From Trichodesmium erythraeum IMS101 (lineage in GTDB: Bacteria > Cyanobacteriota > Cyanobacteriia > Cyanobacteriales > Microcoleaceae): DNA of 32,000 nt. Under the pieces are notes generated by a model that worked only from the letters and a program-made list of their open reading frames with translations, did not search any database and was not told the origin of the DNA. How positions within the stretch are numbered: the first letter of the stretch is position 1; each line of letters opens with the position of its first letter. Location of the stretch: the NCBI RefSeq assembly GCF_000014265.1, contig NC_008312.1, positions 5,790,001-5,822,000 on the forward strand. Direction: 5' to 3'. Position numbers and translations under genes: made by a program. Below are positions 14,180 to 23,073 of the stretch, piece after piece.

Positions 14180-14863
14180 ATGATTAACCAAATTATGAAA
14201 ATAGAAGAATTATTAAGGCAATATGCAATAGGAGAAAAAAATTTTAGTGGCCTATACTTACAGGAAGCACATTTACTAAAAGCTAATTTAGAAGGTGCTA
14301 ATTTTTTTGAAGCTAACTTAACAGGTGCTAACCTCAGTCAGGCCAATCTCAGTCGAGTAAATCTGGCCAAAGCGAATCTGACTGGAGCAAATCTAATTGG
14401 AACTGATTTAAGCGAAGCAAACTTGTCGGACACTCTTCTAGTAGGAGCTAAATTTAACAAAGCCGATCTAACAAGGGCAAAACTTATCAGAGCAGACCTA
14501 AGTTGTGCTGACTTTAGCCAAGTTAATATGGTAGATGCTGACCTCTCAAGAGCTATTTTGTATGAAATAGATTTACATGGAGCTAACCTATATGGGGTCA
14601 ATTTCCGACGAGCTATTCTTAACAAAGCTGACTTAATTGGCGCTAATCTTATTAGAGCTAATATGACTGGAGTAGACTTAATTGAAGCAAATCTAACAAG
14701 AGCAAACTTAACAGAGGCTATTTTAAGCGGTGCTGATTTAAATGGGGCAAGTCTTTTGGGTGCTAATATTTCTGATGTTAATTTAGTTGGAGCAGCTCTT
14801 CAAGCAGTAATTATGCCCGATGGTACAGGTTATGAAGAAATTAGCACATCTATTCAAAATTAA
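14180..14863 (+). CDS. Pentapeptide-repeat protein (cytoplasmic type, no signal peptide)
   Basis: 227-aa ORF. From about aa 25 to 205 it is continuous A(D/N)LxG-type pentapeptides (ANLEGANFFEANLTGANLSQANLSRVNLAKANLTGANLIG...). Confidence 0.9.
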   Translation: MINQIMKIEELLRQYAIGEKNFSGLYLQEAHLLKANLEGANFFEANLTGANLSQANLSRVNLAKANLTGANLIGTDLSEANLSDTLLVGAKFNKADLTRAKLIRADLSCADFSQVNMVDADLSRAILYEIDLHGANLYGVNFRRAILNKADLIGANLIRANMTGVDLIEANLTRANLTEAILSGADLNGASLLGANISDVNLVGAALQAVIMPDGTGYEEISTSIQN

Positions 14864-14864
14864 T

Positions 14865-15368
14865 AGATTATCAAGTTATTTTAATATTGAGTTCGATGGA
14901 CTAAACAAAGCAAAAAAAAAGGGGGCTCGAATTAGTTTAAAGAAATATTTACTCAGCCTACTAATGATGACTGATATTGTATAATTTTTAGACATTACCT
15001 AAATTTTTGGTGACATTGATGAGTTTTGCAAATTATTTCAACACTATTGGCAACAATAGTTGCAACTCTCCTCCTTACCTGGAGAATGTCACTGTCATCT
15101 TAAGTCTCATTAATTAGCCATAATAAAAATGCTTTTCTCATATTAATTTCTCCCAATTCTCAATTCCCTAAAATATTTCCACAGTGGGTATTTACATAGA
15201 CCAGAAAAATTTTTATTCCTTAATAATATTAAGTATGAGAAAAGAATGCTTTTTGGACTGAAACTTTAATTATTAAGTAACTAACACGTTCCTAATAGCT
15301 TTTTTTGATAATAAAAAGCCAAAAGCGTATTAATTTTATAAGTTTTTACTTACTTCACCTACTCCCCT
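14865..15368 (+). pseudogene. 3' half of an ISY100/IS630-type element (relic)
   Basis: Colinear with IS copy 1031-1959 from its aaaaaaggggg tract (14917-14930 versus 1546-1558). The pieces are IIFRHYLN (matching MIFTESLN), DEFCKLF..LQLSSLPGE (matching the F..WL..LLPSL region), VTVILSLIN*P at 15088-15120 (matching TSVLIMDNAP) and FLFLNNIKY at 15219-15236 (matching LNNIEH). An IR-like sequence ttaattattaagtaactaac follows. Stops and frameshifts occur throughout. Confidence 0.6.
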
Positions 15369-15540
15369 ACTCCCCTGTTCAATAAACTATAATAAACATT
15401 TATTCAATTGGTGTAATTACTAGATTTGGTGATTAATATGGTATAGTTAATGAGGCAATTTTTTTTTTGCTTGTTCTCTATGCTTTGACTTGCCTTTACT
15501 ATTCTCTACTGCCTAATATCCTATTTTTAAATATTTAAAA

Positions 15541-16308
15541 ATGAGAGTTAAAATTTTTTCCGCTGTTTTAGTTTTTACTACAGTTTTTCCTAATCTTACA
15601 GCCATTGGTGAAAATATCCAACATACACAAAGATTATTATCTAGTAAACAATGTCCTAATTGCGAACTAATAGGTGTTGGTTTGGTATTGGCAAATCTTC
15701 AAGGTGCTAATCTAGAGGGAGCTAATTTAAGTGGAGCTAATCTCAGTCGTGCAAATTTAACAGGTGCTAATTTATCTGGTGCTAATTTGGCTGGTACAAG
15801 TTTATTTGGTGCAAATTTAACAGGGGCAAATTTATCTGGTGCTAATTTAGCTGGTACAGATTTAAGAAGTGCTTATTTAACAGGTGCTAATTTAACAGAT
15901 GTTGACCTAAAAAATGCTTTTTTGTTAGGTGTTGTAGGAATGCCATCTAATATAGGTGAAGCTGAAGATTTTTATCGGTTAGGAATTGCAGAAGCAAAGG
16001 CAGGAAATTATAAAGATGCTGTTAGATATTACAACCAAGCTATTAGTATGAAATCAGATTTAGCAGCTGCTTATTTTGCTAGAAGTATGTCTCTTGCTGA
16101 CCTGGGAAATCTTAATGCAGCTATTGCAGATGCTCAAAAGTCTCGGGATATTTTTGTTTCTAAAGGTAGTAAAGAAGGTGAAGAATTATCACAATATTTG
16201 GTTGAAATTATTGACCTACGTTTGAATCCTCCAAAACCAGAAAAACCTAATCAATTTGTACACGCTATTGGTTCTTTACTTCCTGCTTTATTAAGGTTGG
16301 CGTTTTAG
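15541..16308 (+). CDS. Secreted pentapeptide-repeat protein with a C-terminal TPR-like module
   Basis: 255-aa ORF. The N-terminal signal-like segment is MRVKIFSAVLVFTTVFPNLTAIG. Pentapeptides follow (ANLQGANLEGANLSGANLSRANLTGANLSGANLAG...). The protein ends with TPR-like helices (YRLGIAEAKAGNYKDAVRYYNQAISMKSDLAAAYFARSMSLADLGNLNAAIADAQKS). Confidence 0.85.
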   Translation: MRVKIFSAVLVFTTVFPNLTAIGENIQHTQRLLSSKQCPNCELIGVGLVLANLQGANLEGANLSGANLSRANLTGANLSGANLAGTSLFGANLTGANLSGANLAGTDLRSAYLTGANLTDVDLKNAFLLGVVGMPSNIGEAEDFYRLGIAEAKAGNYKDAVRYYNQAISMKSDLAAAYFARSMSLADLGNLNAAIADAQKSRDIFVSKGSKEGEELSQYLVEIIDLRLNPPKPEKPNQFVHAIGSLLPALLRLAF

Positions 16309-16360
16309 TATGGTTTTTTGAAACTCAATTTTTTTTGTTTGGCTTTGGTGAATGGTGAAT

Positions 16361-16389
16361 GCTAATTATTAGGAATTAGCACAGTTTTT
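16361..16389 (+). terminator. Possible intrinsic terminator after the pentapeptide/TPR gene
   Basis: A perfect 7-bp hairpin, gctaatt-attagg-aattagc (16361-16380), is followed by acagtttttg. It lies about 50 nt after the stop at 16308. The stem is AT-rich, so it is weak. Confidence 0.3.
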
Positions 16390-16789
16390 GTTTCCCTCCG
16401 ACTAAGGGGATAGAATTTAGTCTGAGTTCTGAGAATTTAACATGATTAAATTTTATACCTATTTCTTGATGAAATTAACATTAAAATTTCTAACCCAACA
16501 AATACAATATAATCCAATTAAAACCAGCTCTAATTATAGTGTCAATATCTGAAATAATAATAGTTCAAAAATATACCATATATAATGGTACTGCGTATAT
16601 CCGAATTGTAAACTGTTGAGCATTTTAATTATGAACACAACTGTTGTGGAATGCAACAGACAACAGGCAAGAGAGAAGACAAAATCTAGATGAAATTGCA
16701 ATTAGGGAATTATGTAAAAAATTAAGCTTCTTCTTCTTTACTTTATAAATTAGCTATACTCTAGGAAATAGAAATTTAACCTAATCTAT

Positions 16790-17896
16790 TCATGGTAAAA
16801 AACTACTAGTTAGCTTTTTAATTGCAGTATTAGCAATATCCGCATAACGCATTTCTCCACACATAATTTTACTCATTACTGTAGTAGCTGCTGGTAACTT
16901 AACCCCCACTTTATAAGCTACCTTAGGAAACCGATAAAATGCTCCTGCTAAACGACCCGCCCAAGCCATATCTGTACCCCATTCCTCATTAACTATCTGA
17001 GTGTATTTTTTCAGAGCATCCCCATTACCACCTAAAGCTTCATCTATAGCTTCAGCGGCTTTGACACCACTAAAAATTGAAGGGCGAATTCCTTCTGCTG
17101 ATAAAGGGTCTGATAAACTTGCTGCTTCTCCTGCCAATATCGCATTTTGAGTATGAAGATTTTTCTCTCCATCCCATAGAGAAATATAATGTTCTAATAA
17201 TTGATTTTGACTTACATTTACACCAATTTGTTGAACGTATCCCATCAAATCTTTAGATAGATTTTTGGATTCCCCGCCCCTAAAAGTCGCAATACTAATA
17301 GAGCAGGAATCTGCTTTGGGGAAACCCCAAATATTACCATTTTTAACTGAACCAAATTCAAAGGTAGCTTTTTTATTTGACTCATTTAATGGTGCTTCAA
17401 AAACTAGACTTTGCCGTTTTTTAGATTCTTTAAAACCTAACCATTTAGACATTGGTCCTTTGGCTCCATCAGCAGCAATTAAATAACGACCAACAACAGG
17501 TTCCTTAATTGTTTTAACTTCCCAAGAATCACGTTTAAATTCAATACCTGTAACTTCTGTTTTGTCTCTTAATTCTGCACCTTGTTCTGTAGCTTTTTGG
17601 ATGAGAAAATAGTCGAAAACATCTCGTTTTACCATCCACATAGGAACGGGTAAATCTGCTTCAATAGGGTCTTCTAATTTCCATGTATAACGAATTTTAT
17701 TAACCTTGAGAGAAATAGCTGGAGTTAAATCAAAGTCAAACCATTGAGCGATCGCTGGAGATACCCCACCACCACAAGCTTTAACTCTAGGGAAAGATTC
17801 CTTTTCTATCACTAAAACAGAACGTCCTTTCTTAGCCAAATGATAAGCTGCTGTACTTCCTGCTGGACCTGCCCCTATAATTATACAATCAAACAT
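16790..17896 (-). CDS. Geranylgeranyl-reductase-family FAD-dependent oxidoreductase
   Basis: 368-aa ORF. The N-terminal Rossmann/FAD motif is MFDCIIIGAGPAGSTAAYHLAKKGRSVLVIEKE, followed by KACGGGVS. ..LIAADGAKGP.. and LAGEAASLSDPLSAEGI are typical of this family. Confidence 0.85.
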   Translation of the reverse strand: MFDCIIIGAGPAGSTAAYHLAKKGRSVLVIEKESFPRVKACGGGVSPAIAQWFDFDLTPAISLKVNKIRYTWKLEDPIEADLPVPMWMVKRDVFDYFLIQKATEQGAELRDKTEVTGIEFKRDSWEVKTIKEPVVGRYLIAADGAKGPMSKWLGFKESKKRQSLVFEAPLNESNKKATFEFGSVKNGNIWGFPKADSCSISIATFRGGESKNLSKDLMGYVQQIGVNVSQNQLLEHYISLWDGEKNLHTQNAILAGEAASLSDPLSAEGIRPSIFSGVKAAEAIDEALGGNGDALKKYTQIVNEEWGTDMAWAGRLAGAFYRFPKVAYKVGVKLPAATTVMSKIMCGEMRYADIANTAIKKLTSSFLP

Positions 17897-18253
17897 TTTT
17901 TATTACTTTGATACTGAAATTTTTTCTAATTTCCTAGAAGAGGAAAAAGTCAGTTAATTAGAGGCAGTTTCTAATAGATATAGATAAATAATTGACTTAC
18001 TTAAACTATCTATAAAACTACCCCCTATAAAAGTTACGAGTCTCCAATTTCCCATGATTCTATAAGATACTCAATTTTGAATACCTTGTGGATTTCAAAG
18101 AATGAAGCAACTACAAATATTAGAGTTATGATTAATTTCATTTATAGCAAGTAACTTATCCATGGAGACTGATTTTTATTTCCCAGATAATTATTTAATA
18201 AATAATAGCTAATAGTTAATAGCTGATAGCTTTTTTATCTGTGGTATTTTTTT

Positions 18254-18802
18254 TTAAACTGTAGTCATATCCTTCTCTTTAGCAGCTAGTAACTCATCTA
18301 TTTTGGCAATATATTTATCAGTCTTCTTTTGAACTTTGTCTTGCAAATCTCGTGATTCATCTTTAGAAATATCACTATTTTTTTCTTGTTTACGAATTGA
18401 ATCTACCGCATCACGACGAATATTCCGGATAGAAACTTTCCCCTCTTCAGCAAGTTTTGCTGTTTTTTTAACCATTTCTTGACGACGTTCAGCTGTTAGT
18501 GCTGGTATATTTAACCGTATAATAGACCCATCATTGTTAGGAGTTAAACCAACATCTGACATATTAATAGCTTTTTCAATCAAGCCGAGACTGGTTTTAT
18601 CATAAGGTTGAATAGTAATTGTACTAGCATCTGGGATGCCAATATTTGCCATAGATTTGAGTTGAGTTGGGGATCCATAATACTCCACCATTACTCTGTC
18701 CAAAAGAGAAGCATTAGCTCTTCCAGTTCTAACAGTATTGAAGGAATTTTTAGTCGCTTCAATAGCTTTTTGCATTTTCTCTTCAGCTTCTTTTAGATTC
18801 AT
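18254..18802 (-). CDS. frr: Ribosome recycling factor
   Basis: 182-aa ORF with [30 protein letters not shown] and [16 protein letters not shown], all canonical Frr. It lies downstream of pyrH, as in most bacteria. Confidence 0.95.
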   Translation of the reverse strand: MNLKEAEEKMQKAIEATKNSFNTVRTGRANASLLDRVMVEYYGSPTQLKSMANIGIPDASTITIQPYDKTSLGLIEKAINMSDVGLTPNNDGSIIRLNIPALTAERRQEMVKKTAKLAEEGKVSIRNIRRDAVDSIRKQEKNSDISKDESRDLQDKVQKKTDKYIAKIDELLAAKEKDMTTV

Positions 18803-19517
18803 GAAAACCTCCTACAATAGTTCCAATTTTTTCTCCCATAACAGCTTTACAGATATTACCCGAAACTGAAAGGTTAAATACAATAATTGGGATATTATTT
18901 TCTTTACAAAGAGCGATCGCCGTACTATCCATCACCCGTAAATCTAGAGTTAATACTTCCCCATAACTTAGGGACTCGTACCGTTTGGCCTCTTGATTCT
19001 TATGTGGGTCAGAATCATAGACCCCATCGACTTTGGTAGCCTTAAAAATTACCTCTGCCTCAATTTCTGCTGCCCTCAGAGCAGCAGTAGTGTCAGTAGT
19101 AAAAAATGGATTACCAGAACCTGCACCAAAAACTACCACTCGACCTTTTTCTAGATGGCGAATGGCTCGGCGACGAATATAAGGTTCGGCCAATTCCTGC
19201 ATAGCAATCGCTGTTTGGACCCTTGTTGGTACCCCTACTTGTTCTAGAGCGTCCTGTAAAGTGATAGCATTCATCACAGTGGCAATCATACCAACATAAT
19301 CTGCTGTGGCCCTGTCCATTCCCTTAGAGGCTGCTTTCACCCCTCTAAAAATATTACCGCCTCCAACAACAATTGCTATTTGGATTCCTGTGGCCGCAAC
19401 TTCGGCCACTTCCTGAGCAATACCTTGGACTACCGCTGGGTCAATGCCATAGCCCAGACTACCCATCAAGGCTTCGCCACTTAACTTGAGCAAAACCCGT
19501 TGATAAATTTTCCTCAT
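18783..19517 (-). CDS. pyrH: UMP kinase
   Basis: 244-aa ORF with [39 protein letters not shown] and [19 protein letters not shown]. Its stop overlaps the frr start by 20 nt. Confidence 0.95.
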   Translation of the reverse strand: MRKIYQRVLLKLSGEALMGSLGYGIDPAVVQGIAQEVAEVAATGIQIAIVVGGGNIFRGVKAASKGMDRATADYVGMIATVMNAITLQDALEQVGVPTRVQTAIAMQELAEPYIRRRAIRHLEKGRVVVFGAGSGNPFFTTDTTAALRAAEIEAEVIFKATKVDGVYDSDPHKNQEAKRYESLSYGEVLTLDLRVMDSTAIALCKENNIPIIVFNLSVSGNICKAVMGEKIGTIVGGFHESKRS

Positions 19518-19649
19518 AATGTGAATGCTTTCTCAACTAAAGTTGCTTCCACAATACGATACCAGTTGAGTTACTTTTTTTAAGTATCTTAAAATTTTTG
19601 ATAATTACAGCAGATTGAGTAATTAATTTAGTATGTCATAATTCATAAC

Positions 19650-19890
19650 TTAGAATTTGTAAGGATCACGAAACTCCTTACTCAATTTATAAGGCCCTAA
19701 AAATTCAGAAACTAATAGCTTCTGTCCTAGAGATAGTTAATACCTCACCCTCAAGAAGTTGAGCGATCGCCCCACATAAATAAGCAACTTTGACTATTTC
19801 GAGCTAATTCAAATAATCGTCCATTAAAGCACCATATCGTAAATTAGCCAAAAATTTGGTTTAAAGCCCTGCCCGACTATTAAGGGACTT
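19650..19890 (+). pseudogene. Possible 3'-terminal fragment of an IS630-type element (same subtype as the relic at 29640-30606)
   Basis: The segment 19851-19868 (aaaatttggtttaaagcc) is the exact reverse complement of 29656-29673. Similarity extends to ...t.a.gggac.t on one side. The string gttaatacctcaccctc (19736-19752) resembles gttaatatcctaaccttt, the reverse complement of 29750-29767. There is no intact ORF. Confidence 0.3.
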
Positions 19891-20072
19891 AGGGAATTAT
19901 TTTTTTCAATAATTATGTTTCAATTCTAATAAATTATTGGTCTTGAAAATCTCTATTCTAGTTGTTTAATTCATACATTGAGTGAATTTACTTCTAGACA
20001 TTGATTACTCAAAAAAATGAGACAAACAAATTAAAAATTTTCTAAGTATTTAGCTAAATACTGATCATCTTT

Positions 20073-20984
20073 CTACCAGTCTTGAGCTAATGCTTGATAA
20101 CCAACAAGTTTATAAACTAATTTTGCTGCAGTAAACTCAGATACTACCGAATCAGTAATTGGAGCCAACTCCATAATGTCACAACCTAATACTTGATATA
20201 ATTCAAATATTCTTCGTAAAAATGTAGTTAAAGAATACCAATTTAGTCCTCCTGGTTCTGGTGTGCCAACTCCAGGAATTAATGTTGGGTCAATTCCATC
20301 TAAATCTATCGTTAAAAACACATTTTTAGTCTGAATACTAGAGATTACTCTTTCCATCCAATCTGGCTGAATAGCTATTTCTCTTGCTTTAAAAACAGTT
20401 AAATTTTTATCCTTTATTAAATCAGCTTCTTCTTTACAAATTGCCCGAATACCTATTTGTACCATTGGTAACCCCATCTCAAATATCCGCCGCATTACAC
20501 AGGCATGATTATATATTGAACCTTCATATTCATATCGCAAATCTCCATGAGCATCTATTTGAATCACGGTAAAAGGTTCATCAAAATATAATTTTTTATA
20601 AGCTTTTACTATCCCATTTGTAATACTATGTTCTCCACCTATAGCAATCACAAACTTTCCATCACTAACTAATTTTTCCACTGTTTCTTGAGTTACTTTT
20701 AGCATATCTAATGGAGTAATTTTTTTTCCATTACGAGTATCTGCTATAGGTTCGTGAGTATAGATACCAACTTCCAAACCTGTTTCCCTATCTAATTCTT
20801 CGTCATAACATTCTAACTGTTGAGATGCATTTAATAATACTGCTGGACCATTAACACAACCTCTTCTATAAGTAGTAGTTGCCTCATAAGGAATTGGTAC
20901 AATTACTACTTTAGCGGTAGTGTAATCTGGCTCAATTTCTGAACCAATGAATGGTAGAAGCAAGGTAGAGTAAATTGTTGACAT
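20073..20984 (-). CDS. speB: Agmatinase / arginase-family ureohydrolase
   Basis: 303-aa ORF with the arginase-fold metal motifs IGGEHSIT, IQIDAHGDLR, LTIDLDGIDP and DIMELAP. The exact substrate (agmatine or another guanidino compound) cannot be determined from sequence reading. Confidence 0.75.
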   Translation of the reverse strand: MSTIYSTLLLPFIGSEIEPDYTTAKVVIVPIPYEATTTYRRGCVNGPAVLLNASQQLECYDEELDRETGLEVGIYTHEPIADTRNGKKITPLDMLKVTQETVEKLVSDGKFVIAIGGEHSITNGIVKAYKKLYFDEPFTVIQIDAHGDLRYEYEGSIYNHACVMRRIFEMGLPMVQIGIRAICKEEADLIKDKNLTVFKAREIAIQPDWMERVISSIQTKNVFLTIDLDGIDPTLIPGVGTPEPGGLNWYSLTTFLRRIFELYQVLGCDIMELAPITDSVVSEFTAAKLVYKLVGYQALAQDW

Positions 20985-21221
20985 TTTTTTGACTATATTA
21001 ATTTTCTAATAAAGGTCTAAAAACTGATAGAATTTATCTGATTATTATAAATGTTAAATACGACTTACCTCATATCAATAAATAACTTAAGTATGTAAAA
21101 GTTGAGCTTGAATGAGTAAAAAACAAAGTCTCAACTTTCCCCTTTTTCCCCTTTTCAGGGGATAAAAAGAATAAGAATAAACTTCCGTCTTTTAAGCATA
21201 AGCTTTCGTCGGTACTGATAA

Positions 21222-22115
21222 TTGATAACTAAAATGATGACTACAAAAAGTTGGACATGGCGAAGCTGGCCGATATGCTACCAAAGCCAAGGAGAAGAGG
21301 GACCTCCTGTGATATTAATACATGGTTTTGGAGCTTCTTTGGGGCATTGGCGCAAAAATATTCCTGTATTAGCTGCAAGCTGTCGCTGTTATGCTATTGA
21401 CTTACTTGGTTTTGGTGGTTCAGCTAAACCTACCCCAAATCAAGATGTTACCTACACATTTGAAACCTGGAGTCAACAAATTAGTGATTTTTGTAGAGAA
21501 ATAGTTGGGGCCCCTGCTTTTCTTGTCGGAAATTCTATTGGTTGTATTGTGGCAATGCAAACAGCAGTTGATCATCCCAATATTGTTTTAGGGGTAGGAA
21601 TTATCAATTGTTCTTTGAGGCTTCTACACGAAAGGAAACGATCTAATCTTCCTTGGTATCGTAGTCAAGGAGCATCTTTACTACAAAACCTATTAAAAGT
21701 CAAGTGGATAAGTCAGTTATTTTTTAACCAGTTGGCGACAAAGAAAACTGTTAAACGAGTATTATTACAGGCATATAAACGTTCTGAAGCGGTTACTGAC
21801 GAATTAATTGATTTATTATTAAAACCTGCAAAAGATGAGGGAGCAGTTGACATTTTTGTTGCTTTTACCGGTTATTCTCAAGGACCTTTACCGGAAGATT
21901 TATTACCCATATTACCCTGTTCAGCCATAATTTTATGGGGGGAAGAAGACCCTTGGGAAAATATTGAATTGGGAAAAGAATTTGCCAATTTTAAAAATGT
22001 AGAAAAATTTATTCCTTTGCCTGGAGTTGGCCATTGTCCTCAAGACGAAGCACCAGAGTTAGTCAACCCTATTTTACAAGAATGGATATTAGAAAAGTGG
22101 GAGTCTAAAGTTTAG
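21222..22115 (+). CDS. Alpha/beta-fold hydrolase
   Basis: 297-aa ORF with the oxyanion region VILIHGFGAS, the nucleophile elbow GNSIGC and the catalytic His region PGVGHCPQDE. The track start at 21222 is TTG; in-frame ATGs at 21234 and 21237 are likelier starts. Confidence 0.85.
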   Translation: MITKMMTTKSWTWRSWPICYQSQGEEGPPVILIHGFGASLGHWRKNIPVLAASCRCYAIDLLGFGGSAKPTPNQDVTYTFETWSQQISDFCREIVGAPAFLVGNSIGCIVAMQTAVDHPNIVLGVGIINCSLRLLHERKRSNLPWYRSQGASLLQNLLKVKWISQLFFNQLATKKTVKRVLLQAYKRSEAVTDELIDLLLKPAKDEGAVDIFVAFTGYSQGPLPEDLLPILPCSAIILWGEEDPWENIELGKEFANFKNVEKFIPLPGVGHCPQDEAPELVNPILQEWILEKWESKV

Positions 22116-22419
22116 TTATTAGATGATCAAAATTTTTGATATTTACATTGATTTTGATTGATAAAAAAAATTCAGATACTATCTGATTATAATTAATATA
22201 AGTCAAGACTTATCCAAAGACAATATATAAGTATGTATGGTTGTCGAGAGCGATAGTCAAAAAATTATAGCTATCCCCGAGTTTTCTCTATCTTACAAAT
22301 TGATAAAAACTTAAACAACTGTCATTTTAATTCTCGGATATCTTAGTTCAGAAACTAGATATTTATATCAGAATTTATGTTTCAGTTCATCAATAGTTTA
22401 TTACCCATAGATATGCCAT

Positions 22420-22611
22420 TTATTTTGAAATAATTCCACACGAACATAGCATAAGTAATGTGGTTTTTTTGAATTTTTTTACGACGACATTGGCAAAATT
22501 AAAACCCTCGCGTGTTATTTGATTTCTCTGTCTGTGTAATTCCTCAACTTTCCACCTAAAGGCAAATCTCAAACTCAATTTTTCCGTACTTTCATAACTG
22601 ATTTGTAGCAA
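22420..22611 (-). pseudogene. C-terminal fragment of a DDE transposase (IS4/IS701-like Y..RW.[IV]E motif)
   Basis: The 63-aa ORF reads ..SLRFAFRWKVEELHRQRNQITREGFNF... This resembles the conserved Y-x2-R-W-x-[IV]-E-x2-[FH]-x2-[LI]-K-Q-x-[TL]-G block that ends IS4/IS701-type transposases. It is isolated in a 950-nt gene-free stretch with no upstream catalytic domain. Confidence 0.35.
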
Positions 22612-23073
22612 TATATTCTGCTGAAGTTTCGGAAACAGTATGCCAGAATAATTTGACCTTTTTATATTACTGGAATTTCTTTAAAATTAATCATCTTTCC
22701 TGATGCTAACTCCCACTTATTCCATTTTAATTATTAACAGTTTTTGATATTTTTTAGACCAACACTATCCTCTAAAGGTGAATATCATAAGAGTATCTTG
22801 ATGTAAGTTATGTCAGTAATAAAAATCTAAAATCAATGCTGAGTAAAGTTGATAAATCCTGATGAATAAAAATGCTTTATAAAAAAAATTAAGTCTCAAT
22901 TCTTTTTTTTTCAGAGAATAAAAAAAATAAAAATAAATATTTTAAGCCTCTGACTTAAGTAATTTTTAGTATTAACCAAAAAATGCAATTTAATATAATA
23001 ACATAGTTACTATGTCTAAGCTTAATAATTTTTCAATATATTGAGGCATAAATATAGTGACTCATTTAGAGTT

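Noticed and set aside
14338-14625. 95-aa ORF antisense to the pentapeptide-repeat gene
   Set aside because: It lies entirely inside a much longer, well-supported CDS. The open antisense frame is a by-product of the 15-nt periodic, stop-poor pentapeptide coding repeat. Its translation (RSALL/RFAL repeats) is a mirror-image low-complexity product.
19917-19951. CRISPR-repeat-like 35-mer gtttcaattctaataaattattggtcttgaaaatc (GTTTCAAT...GAAA shape)
   Set aside because: Only one copy is present in the window. There is no repeat-spacer periodicity and no cas genes nearby.
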